A DNA stretch of 64,000 bases. It comes from Auanema rhodensis. Lineage: Eukaryota; Animalia; Nematoda. The stretch lies in NCBI GenBank assembly GCA_964057225.1, contig OZ059897.1, positions 15,190,001-15,254,000 on the forward strand, read 5' to 3'. A program made the translations under genes and the position numbers. The notes beneath the pieces are model-generated. The model searched no databases, was not told the origin of the DNA, and saw only the letters and a program-made list of their open reading frames with translations. Positions 1 through 12,028 of this stretch are shown here, in pieces. Every line of letters starts with the position of its first letter. Position 1 is the first letter of the stretch.

Positions 1-3000
1 TTTTTGAGAAAAGCGTTCATTCACGGGGCACAACGTGACTACAGCCTGAACTTTTTTGTGAACAAATCTTGTGGATGGTCTCGGTATAAACCCCATTTCC
101 GGAAAAGGCAGAAGTCTTAGCCAAATCTCACTAGGAATTTCAGATTCTACACATCTGAATACTCAACCTCAAACTATTTTTATTAGATTTTAGTGAATGA
201 TTTTTGAGAAAAGCGTTCATTCACGGGGCACAACGTGACTACAGCCTGAACTTTTTTGTGAACAAATCTTGTGGATGGTCTCGGTATGAACCTCATTTCC
301 GGAAAAGGCAGAAGTCTTAGCCAAATCTCACTAGGAATTTCAGATTCTACACATCTGAATACTCAACCTCAAACTATTTTTATTAGATTTTAGTGAATGA
401 TTTTTGAGAAAAGCGTTCATTCACGGGGCACAACGTGACTACAGCCTGAACTTTTTTGTGAACAAATCTTGTGGATGGTCTCGGTATGAACCTCATTTCC
501 GGAAAAGGCAGAAGTCTTAGCCAAATCTCACTAGGAATTTCAGATTCTACACATCTGAATACTCAACCTCAAACTATTTTTATTAGATTTTAGTGAATGA
601 TTTTTGAGAAAAGCGTTCATTCACCGGGCACAACGTGACTACAGCCTGAACTTTTTTGTGAACAAATCTTGTGGATGGTCTCGGTATGAACCTCATTTCC
701 GGAAAAGGCAGAAGTCTTAGCCAAATCTCACTAGGAATTTCAGATTCTACACATCTGAATACTCAACCTCAAACTATTTTTATTAGATTTTAGTGAATGA
801 TTTTTGAGAAAAGCGTTCATTCACCGGGCACAACGTGACTACAGCCTGAACTTTTTTGTGAACAAATCTTGTGGATGGTCTCGGTATGAACCTCATTTCC
901 GGAAAAGGCAGAAGTCTTAGCCAAATCTCACTAGGAATTTCAGATTCTACACATCTGAATACCCAACCTCAAACTATTTTTATTAGATTTTAGTGAATAA
1001 TTTTTGAGAAAAGCGTTCATTCACCGGGCACAACGTGACTACAGCCTGAACTTTTTTGTGAACAAATCTTGTGGATGGTCTCGGTATAAACCCCTTTTCC
1101 GGAAAAGGCAGAAGTCTTAGCCAAATCTCACTAAGAATTTCAGATTCTACACATCTGAATACCCAACCTCAAACTATTTTTATTAGATTTTAGTGAATGA
1201 TTTTTGAGAAAAGCGTTCATTCACGGGGCACAACGTGACTACAGCCTGAACTTTTTTGTGAACAAATCTTGTGGATGGTCTCGGTATGAACCTCATTTCC
1301 GGAAAAGGCAGAAGTCTTAGCCAAATCTCACTAGGAATTTCAGATTCTACACATCTGAATACCCAACCTCAAACTATTTTTATTAGATTTTAGTGAATGA
1401 TTTTTGAGAAAAGCGTTCATTCACGGGGCACAACGTGACTACAGCCTGAACTTTTTTGTGAACAAATCTTGTGGATGGTCTCGGTATAAACCCCTTTTCC
1501 GGAAAAGGCAGAAGTCTTAGCCAAATCTCACTAGGAATTTCAGATTCTACACATCTGAATACCCAACCTCAAACTATTTTTATTAGATTTTAGTGAATGA
1601 TTTTTGAGAAAAGCGTTCATTCACGGGGCACAACGTGACTACAGCCTGAACTTTTTTGTGAACAAATCTTGTGGATGGTCTCGGTATGAACCTCATTTCC
1701 GGAAAAGGCAGAAGTCTTAGCCAAACCTCACTAGGAATTTCAGATTCTACACATCTGAATACTCAACCTCAAACTATTTTTAATTGATTTTAAAAAATGA
1801 TTTTTGAGAAAAGCGTTCATTCACGGGGCACAACGTGACTACAGCCTGAACTTTTTTGTGAACAAATCTTGTGGATGGTCTCGGTATGAACCTCATTTCC
1901 GGAAAAGGCAGAAGTCTTAGCCAAATCTCACTAGGAATTTCAGATTCTACACATCTGAATACCCAACCTCAAACTATTTTTATTAGATTTTAGTGAATGA
2001 TTTTTGAGAAAAGCGTTCATTCACGGGGCACAACGTGACTACAGCCTGAACTTTTTTGTGAACAAATCTTGTGGATGGTCTCGGTATGAACCTCATTTCC
2101 GGAAAAGGCAGAAGTCTTAGCCAAATCTCACTAGGAATTTCAGATTCTACACATCTGAATACTCAACCTCAAACTATTTTTATTAGATTTTAGTGAATGA
2201 TTTTTGAGAAAAGCGTTCATTCACCGGGCACAACGTGACTACAGCCTGAACTTTTTTGTGAACAAATCTTGTGGATGGTCTCGGTATGAACCTCATTTCC
2301 GGAAAAGGCAGAAGTCTTAGCCAAATCTCACTAGGAATTTCAGATTCTACACATCTGAATACTCAACCTCAAACTATTTTTATTAGATTTTAGTGAATGA
2401 TTTTTGAGAAAAGCGTTCATTCACCGGGCACAACGTGACTACAGCCTGAACTTTTTTGTGAACAAATCTTGTGGATGGTCTCGGTATGAACCTCATTTCC
2501 GGAAAAGGCAGAAGTCTTAGCCAAATCTCACTAGGAATTTCAGATTCTACACATCTGAATACCCAACCTCAAACTATTTTTATTAGATTTTAGTGAATAA
2601 TTTTTGAGAAAAGCGTTCATTCACCGGGCACAACGTGACTACAGCCTGAACTTTTTTGTGAACAAATCTTGTGGATGGTCTCGGTATAAACCCCTTTTCC
2701 GGAAAAGGCAGAAGTCTTAGCCAAATCTCACTAAGAATTTCAGATTCTACACATCTGAATACCCAACCTCAAACTATTTTTATTAGATTTTAGTGAATGA
2801 TTTTTGAGAAAAGCGTTCATTCACGGGGCACAACGTGACTACAGCCTGAACTTTTTTGTGAACAAATCTTGTGGATGGTCTCGGTATGAACCTCATTTCC
2901 GGAAAAGGCAGAAGTCTTAGCCAAATCTCACTAGGAATTTCAGATTCTACACATCTGAATACCCAACCTCAAACTATTTTTATTAGATTTTAGTGAATGA

Positions 3001-6000
3001 TTTTTGAGAAAAGCGTTCATTCACGGGGCACAACGTGACTACAGCCTGAACTTTTTTGTGAACAAATCTTGTGGATGGTCTCGGTATAAACCCCTTTTCC
3101 GGAAAAGGCAGAAGTCTTAGCCAAATCTCACTAGGAATTTCAGATTCTACACATCTGAATACCCAACCTCAAACTATTTTTATTAGATTTTAGTGAATGA
3201 TTTTTGAGAAAAGCGTTCATTCACGGGGCACAACGTGACTACAGCCTGAACTTTTTTGTGAACAAATCTTGTGGATGGTCTCGGTATGAACCTCATTTCC
3301 GGAAAAGGCAGAAGTCTTAGCCAAATCTCACTAGGAATTTCAGATTCTACACATCTGAATACCCAACCTCAAACTATTTTTATTAGATTTTAGTGAATGA
3401 TTTTTGAGAAAAGCGTTCATTCACGGGGCACAACGTGACTACAGCCTGAACTTTTTTGTGAACAAATCTTGTGGATGGTCTCGGTATGAACCTCATTTCC
3501 GGAAAAGGCAGAAGTCTTAGCCAAACCTCACTAGGAATTTCAGATTCTACACATCTGAATACTCAACCTCAAACTATTTTTAATTGATTTTAAAAAATGA
3601 TTTTTGAGAAAAGCGTTCATTCACGGGGCACAACGTGACTACAGCCTGAACTTTTTTGTGAACAAATCTTGTGGATGGTCTCGGTATGAACCTCATTTCC
3701 GGAAAAGGCAGAAGTCTTAGCCAAATCTCACTAGGAATTTCAGATTCTACACATCTGAATACCCAACCTCAAACTATTTTTATTAGATTTTAGTGAATGA
3801 TTTTTGAGAAAAGCGTTCATTCACGGGGCACAACGTGACTACAGCCTGAACTTTTTTGTGAACAAATCTTGTGGATGGTCTCGGTATAAACCCCATTTCC
3901 GGAAAAAGCAGAAGTCTTAGCCAAATCTCACTAGGAATTTCAGATTCTACACATCTGAATACCCAACCTCAATCTATTTTTATTAGATTTTAGTGAATGA
4001 TTTTTGAGAAAAGCGTTCATTCACGGGGCACAACGTGACTACAGCCTGAACTTTTTTGTGAACAAATCTTGTGGATGGTCTCGGTATAAACCCCATTTCC
4101 GGAAAAAGCAGAAGTCTTAGCCAAATCTCACTAGGAATTTCAGATTCTACACATCTGAATACTCAACCTCAAACTATTTTTATTAGATTTTAGTGAATGA
4201 TTTTTGAGAAAAGCGTTCATTCATGGGGCACAACGTGACTACAGCCTGAACTTTTTTGTGAACAAATCTTGTGGATGGTCTCGGTATAAACCCCATTTCC
4301 GGAAAAAGCAGAAGTCTTAGCCAAATCTCACTAGGAATTTCAGATTCTACACATCTGAATACCCAACCTCAAACTATTTTTATTAGATTTTAGTGAATGA
4401 TTTTTGAGAAAAGCGTTCATTCACGGGGCACAACGTGACTACAGCCTGAACTTTTTTGTGAACAAATCTTGTGGATGGTCTCGGTATAAACCCCATTTCC
4501 GGAAAAAGCAGAAGTCTTAGCCAAATCTCACTAGGAATTTCAGATTCTACACATCTGAATACCCAACCTCAAACTATTTTTATTAGATTTTAGTGAATGA
4601 TTTTTGAGAAAAGCGTTCATTCACGGGGCACAACGTGACTACAGCCTGAACTTTTTTGTGAACAAATCTTGTGGATGGTCTCGGTATGAACCTCATTTCC
4701 GGAAAAGGCAGAAGTCTTAGCCAAATCTCACTAGGAATTTCAGATTCTACACATCTGAATACCCAACCTCAAACTATTTTTATTAGATTTTAGTGAATGA
4801 TTTTTGAGAAAAGCGTTCATTCACGGGGCACAACGTGACTACAGCCTGAACTTTTTTGTGAACAAATCTTGTGGATGGTCTCGGTATGAACCTCATTTCC
4901 GGAAAAGGCAGAAGTCTTAGCCAAATCTCACTAGGAATTTCAGATTCTACACATCTGAATACTCAACCTCAAATTATTTTTATTAGATTTTAGTGAATGA
5001 TTTTTGAGAAAAGCGTTCATTCACGGGGCACAACGTGACTACAGCCTGAACTTTTTTGTGAACAAATCTTATGGATGGTCTCGGTATGAACCTCATTTCC
5101 GGAAAAGGCAGAAGTCTTAGCCAAATCTCACTAGGAATTTCAGATTCTACACATCTGAATACCCAACCTCAAACTATTTTTATTAGATTTTAGTGAATGA
5201 TTTTTGAGAAAAGCGTTCATTCACGGGGCACAACGTGACTACAGCCTGAACTTTTTTGTGAACAAATCTTGTGGATGGTCTCGGTATGAACCTCATTTCC
5301 GGAAAAGGCAGAAGTCTTAGCCAAATCTCACTAGGAATTTCAGATTCTACACATCTGAATACCCAACCTCAAACTATTTTTATTAGATTTTAGTGAATGA
5401 TTTTTGAGAAAAGCGTTCATTCACGGGGCACAACGTGACTACAGCCTGAACTTTTTTGTGAACAAATCTTGTGGATGGTCTCGGTATGAACCTCATTTCC
5501 GGAAAAGGCAGAAGTCTTAGCCAAATCTCACTAGGAATTTCAGATTCTACACATCTGAATACTCAACCTCAAATTATTTTTATTAGATTTTAGTGAATGA
5601 TTTTTGAGAAAAGCGTTCATTCACGGGGCACAACGTGACTACAGCCTGAACTTTTTTGTGAACAAATCTTATGGATGGTCTCGGTATGAACCTCATTTCC
5701 GGAAAAGGCAGAAGTCTTAGCCAAATCTCACTAGGAATTTCAGATTCTACACATCTGAATACCCAACCTCAAACTATTTTTATTAGATTTTAGTGAATGA
5801 TTTTTGAGAAAAGCGTTCATTCACGGGGCACAACGTGACTACAGCCTGAACTTTTTTGTGAACAAATCTTGTGGATGGTCTCGGTATGAACCTCATTTCC
5901 GGAAAAGGCAGAAGTCTTAGCCAAACCTCACTAGGAATTTCAGATTCTACACATCTGAATACTCAACCTCAAACTATTTTTATTAGATTTTAGTGAATGA

Positions 6001-9000
6001 TTTTTGAGAAAAGCGTTCATTCACGGGGCACAACGTGACTACAGCCTGAACTTTTTTGTGAACAAATCTTGTGGATGGTCTCGGTATGAACCTCATTTCC
6101 GGAAAAGGCAGAAGTCTTAGCCAAATCTCACTAGGAATTTCAGATTCTACACATCTGAATACCCAACCTCAAACTATTTTTATTAGATTTTAGTGAATGA
6201 TTTTTGAGAAAAGCGTTCATTCACGGGGCACAACGTGACTACAGCCTGAACTTTTTTGTGAACAAATCTTGTGGATGGTCTCGGTATAAACCCCTTTTCC
6301 GGAAAAGGCAGAAGTCTTAGCCAAATCTCACTAGGAATTTCAGATTCTACACATCTGAATACCCAACCTCAAACTATTTTTATTAGATTTTGGTGAATGA
6401 TTTTTGAGAAAAGCGTTCATTCACCGGGCACAACGTGACTACAGCCTGAACTTTTTTGTGAACAAATCTTGTGGATGGTCTCGGTATAAACCCCTTTTCC
6501 GGAAAAGGCAGAAGTCTTAGCCAAATCTCACTAGGAATTTCAGATTCTACACATCTGAATACTCAACCTCAAACTATTTTTATTAGATTTTAGTAAATGA
6601 TTTTTGAGAAAAGCGTTCATTCACGGGGCACAACGTGACTACAGCCTGAACTTTTTTGTGAACAAATCTTGTGGATGGTCTCGGTATAAACCCCTTTTCC
6701 GGAAAAGGCAGAAGTCTTAGCCAAATCTCACTAGGAATTTCAGATTCTACACATCTGAATACCCAACCTCAAACTATTTTTATTAGATTTTAGTGAATGA
6801 TTTTTGAGAAAAGCGTTCATTCACGGGGCACAACGTGACTACAGCCTGAACTTTTTTGTGAACAAATCTTGTGGATGGTCTCGGTATGAACCTCATTTCC
6901 GGAAAAGGCAGAAGTCTTAGCCAAATCTCACTAGGAATTTCAGATTCTACACATCTGAATACCCAACCTCAAACTATTTTTATTAGATTTTAGTGAATGA
7001 TTTTTGAGAAAAGCGTTCATTCACGGGGCACAACGTGACTACAGCCTGAACTTTTTTGTGAACAAATCTTGTGGATGGTCTCGGTATAAACCCCTTTTCC
7101 GGAAAAGGCAGAAGTCTTAGCCAAATCTCACTAGGAATTTCAGATTCTACACATCTGAATACCCAACCTCAAACTATTTTTATTAGATTTTAGTGAATGA
7201 TTTTTGAGAAAAGCGTTCATTCACGGGGCACAACGTGACTACAGCCTGAACTTTTTTGTGAACAAATCTTGTGGATGGTCTCGGTATGAACCTCATTTCC
7301 GGAAAAGGCAGAAGTCTTAGCCAAATCTCACTAGGAATTTCAGATTCTACACATCTGAATACTCAACCTCAAATTATTTTTATTAGATTTTAGTGAATGA
7401 TTTTTGAGAAAAGCGTTCATTCACGGGGCACAACGTGACTACAGCCTGAACTTTTTTGTGAACAAATCTTATGGATGGTCTCGGTATGAACCTCATTTCC
7501 GGAAAAGGCAGAAGTCTTAGCCAAATCTCACTAGGAATTTCAGATTCTACACATCTGAATACCCAACCTCAAACTATTTTTATTAGATTTTAGTGAATGA
7601 TTTTTGAGAAAAGCGTTCATTCACGGGGCACAACGTGACTACAGCCTGAACTTTTTTGTGAACAAATCTTGTGGATGGTCTCGGTATGAACCTCATTTCC
7701 GGAAAAGGCAGAAGTCTTAGCCAAATCTCACTAGGAATTTCAGATTCTACACATCTGAATACCCAACCTCAAACTATTTTTATTAGATTTTAGTGAATGA
7801 TTTTTGAGAAAAGCGTTCATTCACGGGGCACAACGTGACTACAGCCTGAACTTTTTTGTGAACAAATCTTGTGGATGGTCTCGGTATAAACCCCTTTTCC
7901 GGAAAAGGCAGAAGTCTTAGCCAAATCTCAATAGGAATTTCAGATTCTACACATCTGAATACCCAACCTCAAACTATTTTTATTAGATTTTAGTGAATGA
8001 TTTTTGAGAAAAGCGTTCATTCACCGGGCACAACGTGACTACAGCCTGAACTTTTTTGTGAACAAATCTTGTGGATGGTCTCGGTATGAACCTCATTTCC
8101 GGAAAAGGAAGAAGTCTTAGCCAAATCTCACTAGGAATTTCAGATTCTACACATCTGAATACCCAACCTCAAACTATTTTTATTAGATTTTAGTGAATGA
8201 TTTTTGAGAAAAGCGTTCATTCACGGGGCACAACGTGACTACAGCCTGAACTTTTTTGTGAACAAATCTTGTGGATGGTCTCGGTATAAACCCCTTTTCC
8301 GGAAAAGGCAGAAGTCTTAGCCAAATCTCAATAGGAATTTCAGATTCTACACATCTGAATACCCAACCTCAAACTATTTTTATTAGATTTTAGTGAATGA
8401 TTTTTGAGAAAAGCGTTCATTCACGGGGCACAACGTGACTACAGCCTGAACTTTTTTGTGAACAAATCTTGTGGATGGTCTCGGTATAAACCCCTTTTCC
8501 GGAAAAGGCAGAAGTCTTAGCCAAATCTCACTAGGAATTTCAGATTCTACACATCTGAATACTCAACCTCAAACTATTTTTATTAGATTTTAGTGAATGA
8601 TTTTTGAGAAAAGCGTTCATTCACCGGGCACAACGTGACTACAGCCTGAACTTTTTTGTGAACAAATCTTGTGGATGGTCTCGGTATGAACCTCATTTCC
8701 GGAAAAGGCAGAAGTCTTAGCCAAATCTCACTAGGAATTTCAGATTCTACACATCTGAATACTCAACCTCAAACTATTTTTATTAGATTTTAGTGAATGA
8801 TTTTTGAGAAAAGCGTTCATTCACGGGGCACAACGTGACTACAGCCTGAACTTTTTTGTGAACAAATCTTGTGGATGGTCTCGGTATGAACCTCATTTCC
8901 GGAAAAGGCAGAAGTCTTAGCCGAATCTCACTAGGAATTTCAGATTCTACACATCTGAATACCCAACCTCAAACTATTTTTATTAGATTTTAGTAAATGA

Positions 9001-9746
9001 TTTTTGAGAAAAGCGTTCATTCACGGGGCACAACGTGACTACAGCCTGAACTTTTTTGTGAACAAATCTTGTGGATGGTCTCGGTATGAACCTCATTTCC
9101 GGAAAAGGCAGAAGTCTTAGCCAAATCTCACTAGGAATTTCAGATTCTACACATCTGAATACTCAACCTCAAACTATTTTTATTAGATTTTAGTGAATGA
9201 TTTTTGAGAAAAGCGTTCATTCACGGGGCACAACGTGACTACAGCCTGAACTTTTTTGTGAACAAATCTTGTGGATGGTCTCGGTATGAACCTCATTTCC
9301 GGAAAAGGCAGAAGTCTTAGCCAAATCTCACTAGGAATTTCAGATTCTACACATCTGAATACCCAACCTCAAACTATTTTTATTAGATTTTAGTGAATGA
9401 TTTTTGAGAAAAGCGTTCATTCACGGGGCACAACGTGACTACAGCCTGAACTTTTTTGTGAACAAATCTTGTGGATGGTCTCGGTATGAACCTCATTTCC
9501 GGAAAAGGCAGAAGTCTTAGCCAAATCTCACTAGGAATTTCAGATTCTACACATCTGAATACCCAACCTCAAACTATTTTTATTAGATTTTAGTAAATGA
9601 TTTTTGAGAAAAGCGTTCATTCACCGGGCACAACGTGACTACAGCCTGAACTTTTTTGTGAACAAATCTTGTGGATGGTCTCGGTATGAACCTCATTTCC
9701 GGAAAAGGCAGAAGTCTTAGCCAAATCTCACTAGGAATTTCAGATT
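1..9746. repeat. 200-bp tandem satellite, about 48.7 copies, open at the left edge of the window
   Basis: The unit TTTTTGAGAAAAGCGTTCATTCAC...TAGTGAATGA recurs at 1, 201, 401 ... 9601 with substitutions only. The last unit is cut at ...TTTCAGATT (9746). Confidence 0.99.
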
Positions 9747-9767
9747 TCTTATCTTAACCGTTTAAAA

Positions 9768-9950
9768 CCACTCAGATGAGCAGATTACAAAAGCTTTCCG
9801 TTGCCGGCTAGCTCGCGGTCATCAACTTCCGAAGAAATTCTTCACGCTCGCAACCTGCTCATTACCCTTTCACCGCGGTCAACATGTGTCGAAGTTTAAA
9901 AGGGAATGTGAAATACAAACTACAGAAATGATTCTGTGTAGTATGATTTC
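9768..9950 (-). ncRNA. U3: U3 snoRNA, copy 1
   Basis: Minus strand shows box A'/A (ATACT...ACAGAATCATTTCTGTAGT), box B GAGCGTGAAG (9840-9849), box C TTGATGA (9819-9825), and box D plus terminal stem TCTGAGTGG followed by TTTT. It also has a 13-bp stem with G.U pairs, and C(UUCG)G and GCAA tetraloops. The 5' end is approximate. Confidence 0.9.
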
Positions 9951-10138
9951 AAAGATTCACTGTTATCTCTGAACTAAAGGAATTGGCTCGCCGTATTTGG
10001 TATGGGATGTATACGCTGCTATACAGCCTGATGTAGCCTGACAGAGCTGGAAGTAGCATGGGGAGTGATGCAAGAAGGTCGAAGAAGTGAATTCCAGTTG
10101 AAACTCTTTCAGTTTCCTTGATGATTAACCGATTAAAA

Positions 10139-10321
10139 CCACTCAGATGAGCAGATTACAAAAGCTTTCCGTTGCCGGCTAGCTCGCGGTCATCAACTTC
10201 CGAAGAAGTTCTTCACGCTCGCAACCTGCTCATTACCCTTTCACCGCGGTCAACATGTGTCGAAGTTTAAAAGGGAATGTGAAATACAAACTACAGAAAT
10301 GATTCTGTGTAGTATAATTTC
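10139..10321 (-). ncRNA. U3: U3 snoRNA, copy 2
   Basis: Same boxes as copy 1, shifted by 371 bp, with one substitution near the 5' end. Confidence 0.9.
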
Positions 10322-10509
10322 AAAGATTCACTGTAATCTCTGAACTAAAGGAATTGGCTCGCCGTATTTGGTATGGGATGTATACGCTGCCATACAGCCT
10401 GATGTAGCCTGACAGAGCCGTAAGCAGCATGGGGAGTGATGCAAGAAGGTCGAAGAAGTGAATTCCAGTTGAAACTCTTTCAGTTTCCTTGATGATTAAC
10501 CGATTAAAA

Positions 10510-10692
10510 CCACTCAGATGAGCAGATTACAAAAGCTTTCCGTTGCCGGCTAGCTCGCGGTCATCAACTTCCGAAGAAGTTCTTCACGCTCGCAACCTGC
10601 TCATTACCCTTTCACCGCGGTCAACATGTGTCGAAGTTTAAAAGGGAATGTGAAATACAAACTACAGAAATGATTCTGTGTAGTATGATTTC
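10510..10692 (-). ncRNA. U3: U3 snoRNA, copy 3
   Basis: Same boxes as copy 1. Confidence 0.9.
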
Positions 10693-10880
10693 AAAGATTC
10701 ACTGTAATCTCTGAACTAAAGGAATTGGCTCGCCGTATTTGGTATGGGATGTATACGTTGCCATACAGCCTGATGTAGCCTGACAGAGCCGTAAGCAGCA
10801 TGGGGAGTGATGCAAGAAGGTCGAAGAAGTGAATTCCAGTTGAAACTCTTTCAGTTTCCTTGATGATTAACCGATTAAAA

Positions 10881-11063
10881 CCACTCAGATGAGCAGATTA
10901 CAAAAGCTTTCCGTTGCCGGCTAGCTCGCGGTCATCAACTTCCGAAGAAGTTCTTCACGCTCGCAACCTGCTCATTACCCTTTCACCGCGGTCAACATGT
11001 GTCGAAGTTTAAAAGGGAATGTGAAATACAAACTACAGAAATGATTCTGTGTAGTATGATTTC
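10881..11063 (-). ncRNA. U3: U3 snoRNA, copy 4
   Basis: Same boxes as copy 1. Confidence 0.9.
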
Positions 11064-11251
11064 AAAGATTCACTGTAATCTCTGAACTAAAGGAATTGGC
11101 TCGCCGTATTTGGTATGGGATGTATACGTTGCCATACAGCCTGATGTAGCCTAACAGAGCCGTAAGCAGCATGGGGAGTGATGCAAGAAGGTCGAAGAAG
11201 TGAATTCCAGTTGAAACTCTTTCAGTTTCCTTGATGATTAACCGATTAAAA

Positions 11252-11434
11252 CCACTCAGATGAGCAGATTACAAAAGCTTTCCGTTGCCGGCTAGCTCGC
11301 GGTCATCAACTTCCGAAGAAGTTCTTCACGCTCGCAACCTGCTCATTACCCTTTCACCGCGGTCAACATGTGTCGAAGTTTAAAAGGGAATGTGAAATAC
11401 AAACTACAGAAATGATTCTGTGTAGTATGATTTC
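11252..11434 (-). ncRNA. U3: U3 snoRNA, copy 5
   Basis: Same boxes as copy 1. Confidence 0.9.
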
Positions 11435-11622
11435 AAAGATTCACTGTAATCTCTGAACTAAAGGAATTGGCTCGCCGTATTTGGTATGGGATGTATACGC
11501 TGCCATACAGCCTGATGTAGCCTGACAGAGCCGTAAGCAGCATGGGGAGTGATGCAAGAAGGTCGAAGAAGTGAATTCCAGTTGAAACTCTTTCAGTTTC
11601 CTTGATGATTAACCGATTAAAA

Positions 11623-11805
11623 CCACTCAGATGAGCAGATTACAAAAGCTTTCCGTTGCCGGCTAGCTCGCGGTCATCAACTTCCGAAGAAGTTCTTCAC
11701 GCTCGCAACCTGCTCATTACCCTTTCACCGCGGTCAACATGTGTCGAAGTTTAAAAGGGAATGTGAAATACAAACTACAGAAATGATTCTGTGTAGTATG
11801 ATTTC
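11623..11805 (-). ncRNA. U3: U3 snoRNA, copy 6
   Basis: Same boxes as copy 1. Confidence 0.9.
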
Positions 11806-11993
11806 AAAGATTCACTGTAATCTCTGAACTAAAGGAATTGGCTCGCCGTATTTGGTATGGGATGTATACGTTGCCATACAGCCTGATGTAGCCTAACAGA
11901 GCCGTAAGCAGCATGGGGAGTGATGCAAGAAGGTCGAAGAAGTGAAGTCCAGTTGAAACTCTTTCAGTTTCCTTGATGATTAACCGATTAAAA

Positions 11994-12020
11994 CCACTCA
12001 GATGAGCAGATTACAAAAGC
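11994..12020 (-). pseudogene. U3 3'-terminal fragment (27 nt, box D only) at the array edge
   Basis: Matches the U3 3' end up to ACAAAAGC, then switches to unique sequence. Confidence 0.85.
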
Positions 12021-12028
12021 CTTCATTC
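12000..12028. other. Candidate programmed DNA elimination break/telomere-addition motif (SFE-like)
   Basis: AGATGAGCAGATTACAAAAGCCTTCATTC has ATGA/TCAT arms and GCC on the gene-proximal side. The bottom strand reads AGGCTT, a permutation of TTAGGC. It lies exactly at the repeat/unique boundary. Confidence 0.5.

Larger units (their letters stand above)
9754..12020. repeat. 371-bp tandem array (about 6.1 units), each full unit carrying a U3 snoRNA gene
   Basis: CCACTCAG recurs at 9768, 10139, 10510, 10881, 11252, 11623 and 11994, giving a period of 371. Confidence 0.98.

Noticed and set aside
68-140. tRNA-derived or 5S-derived monomer
   Set aside because: There is no B box (GTTCRA), cloverleaf or 5S similarity.
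166-175. SL1-like AGTTTGAG|GT in the 200-bp unit (minus strand)
   Set aside because: Only 10 nt match. The 5' GGTTTAATTACCC and a canonical Sm site are missing.
10026-10090. Hammerhead ribozyme in the 371-bp spacer
   Set aside because: The core reads CTGATGT rather than CTGANGA, and no consistent three-stem fold with GAAA was found.
10117-10140. SL2-like leader GGTTTTAATCGGTTAATCATCAAG on the minus strand of each 371-bp unit
   Set aside because: It is followed by GA rather than a GT donor, there is no Sm site downstream, and its GG is the U3 3' terminal stem.
1-12020. CRISPR array or other prokaryotic repeat system
   Set aside because: Whole units repeat with no unique spacers, there are no cas genes, and the flanking genes are spliced nematode genes.
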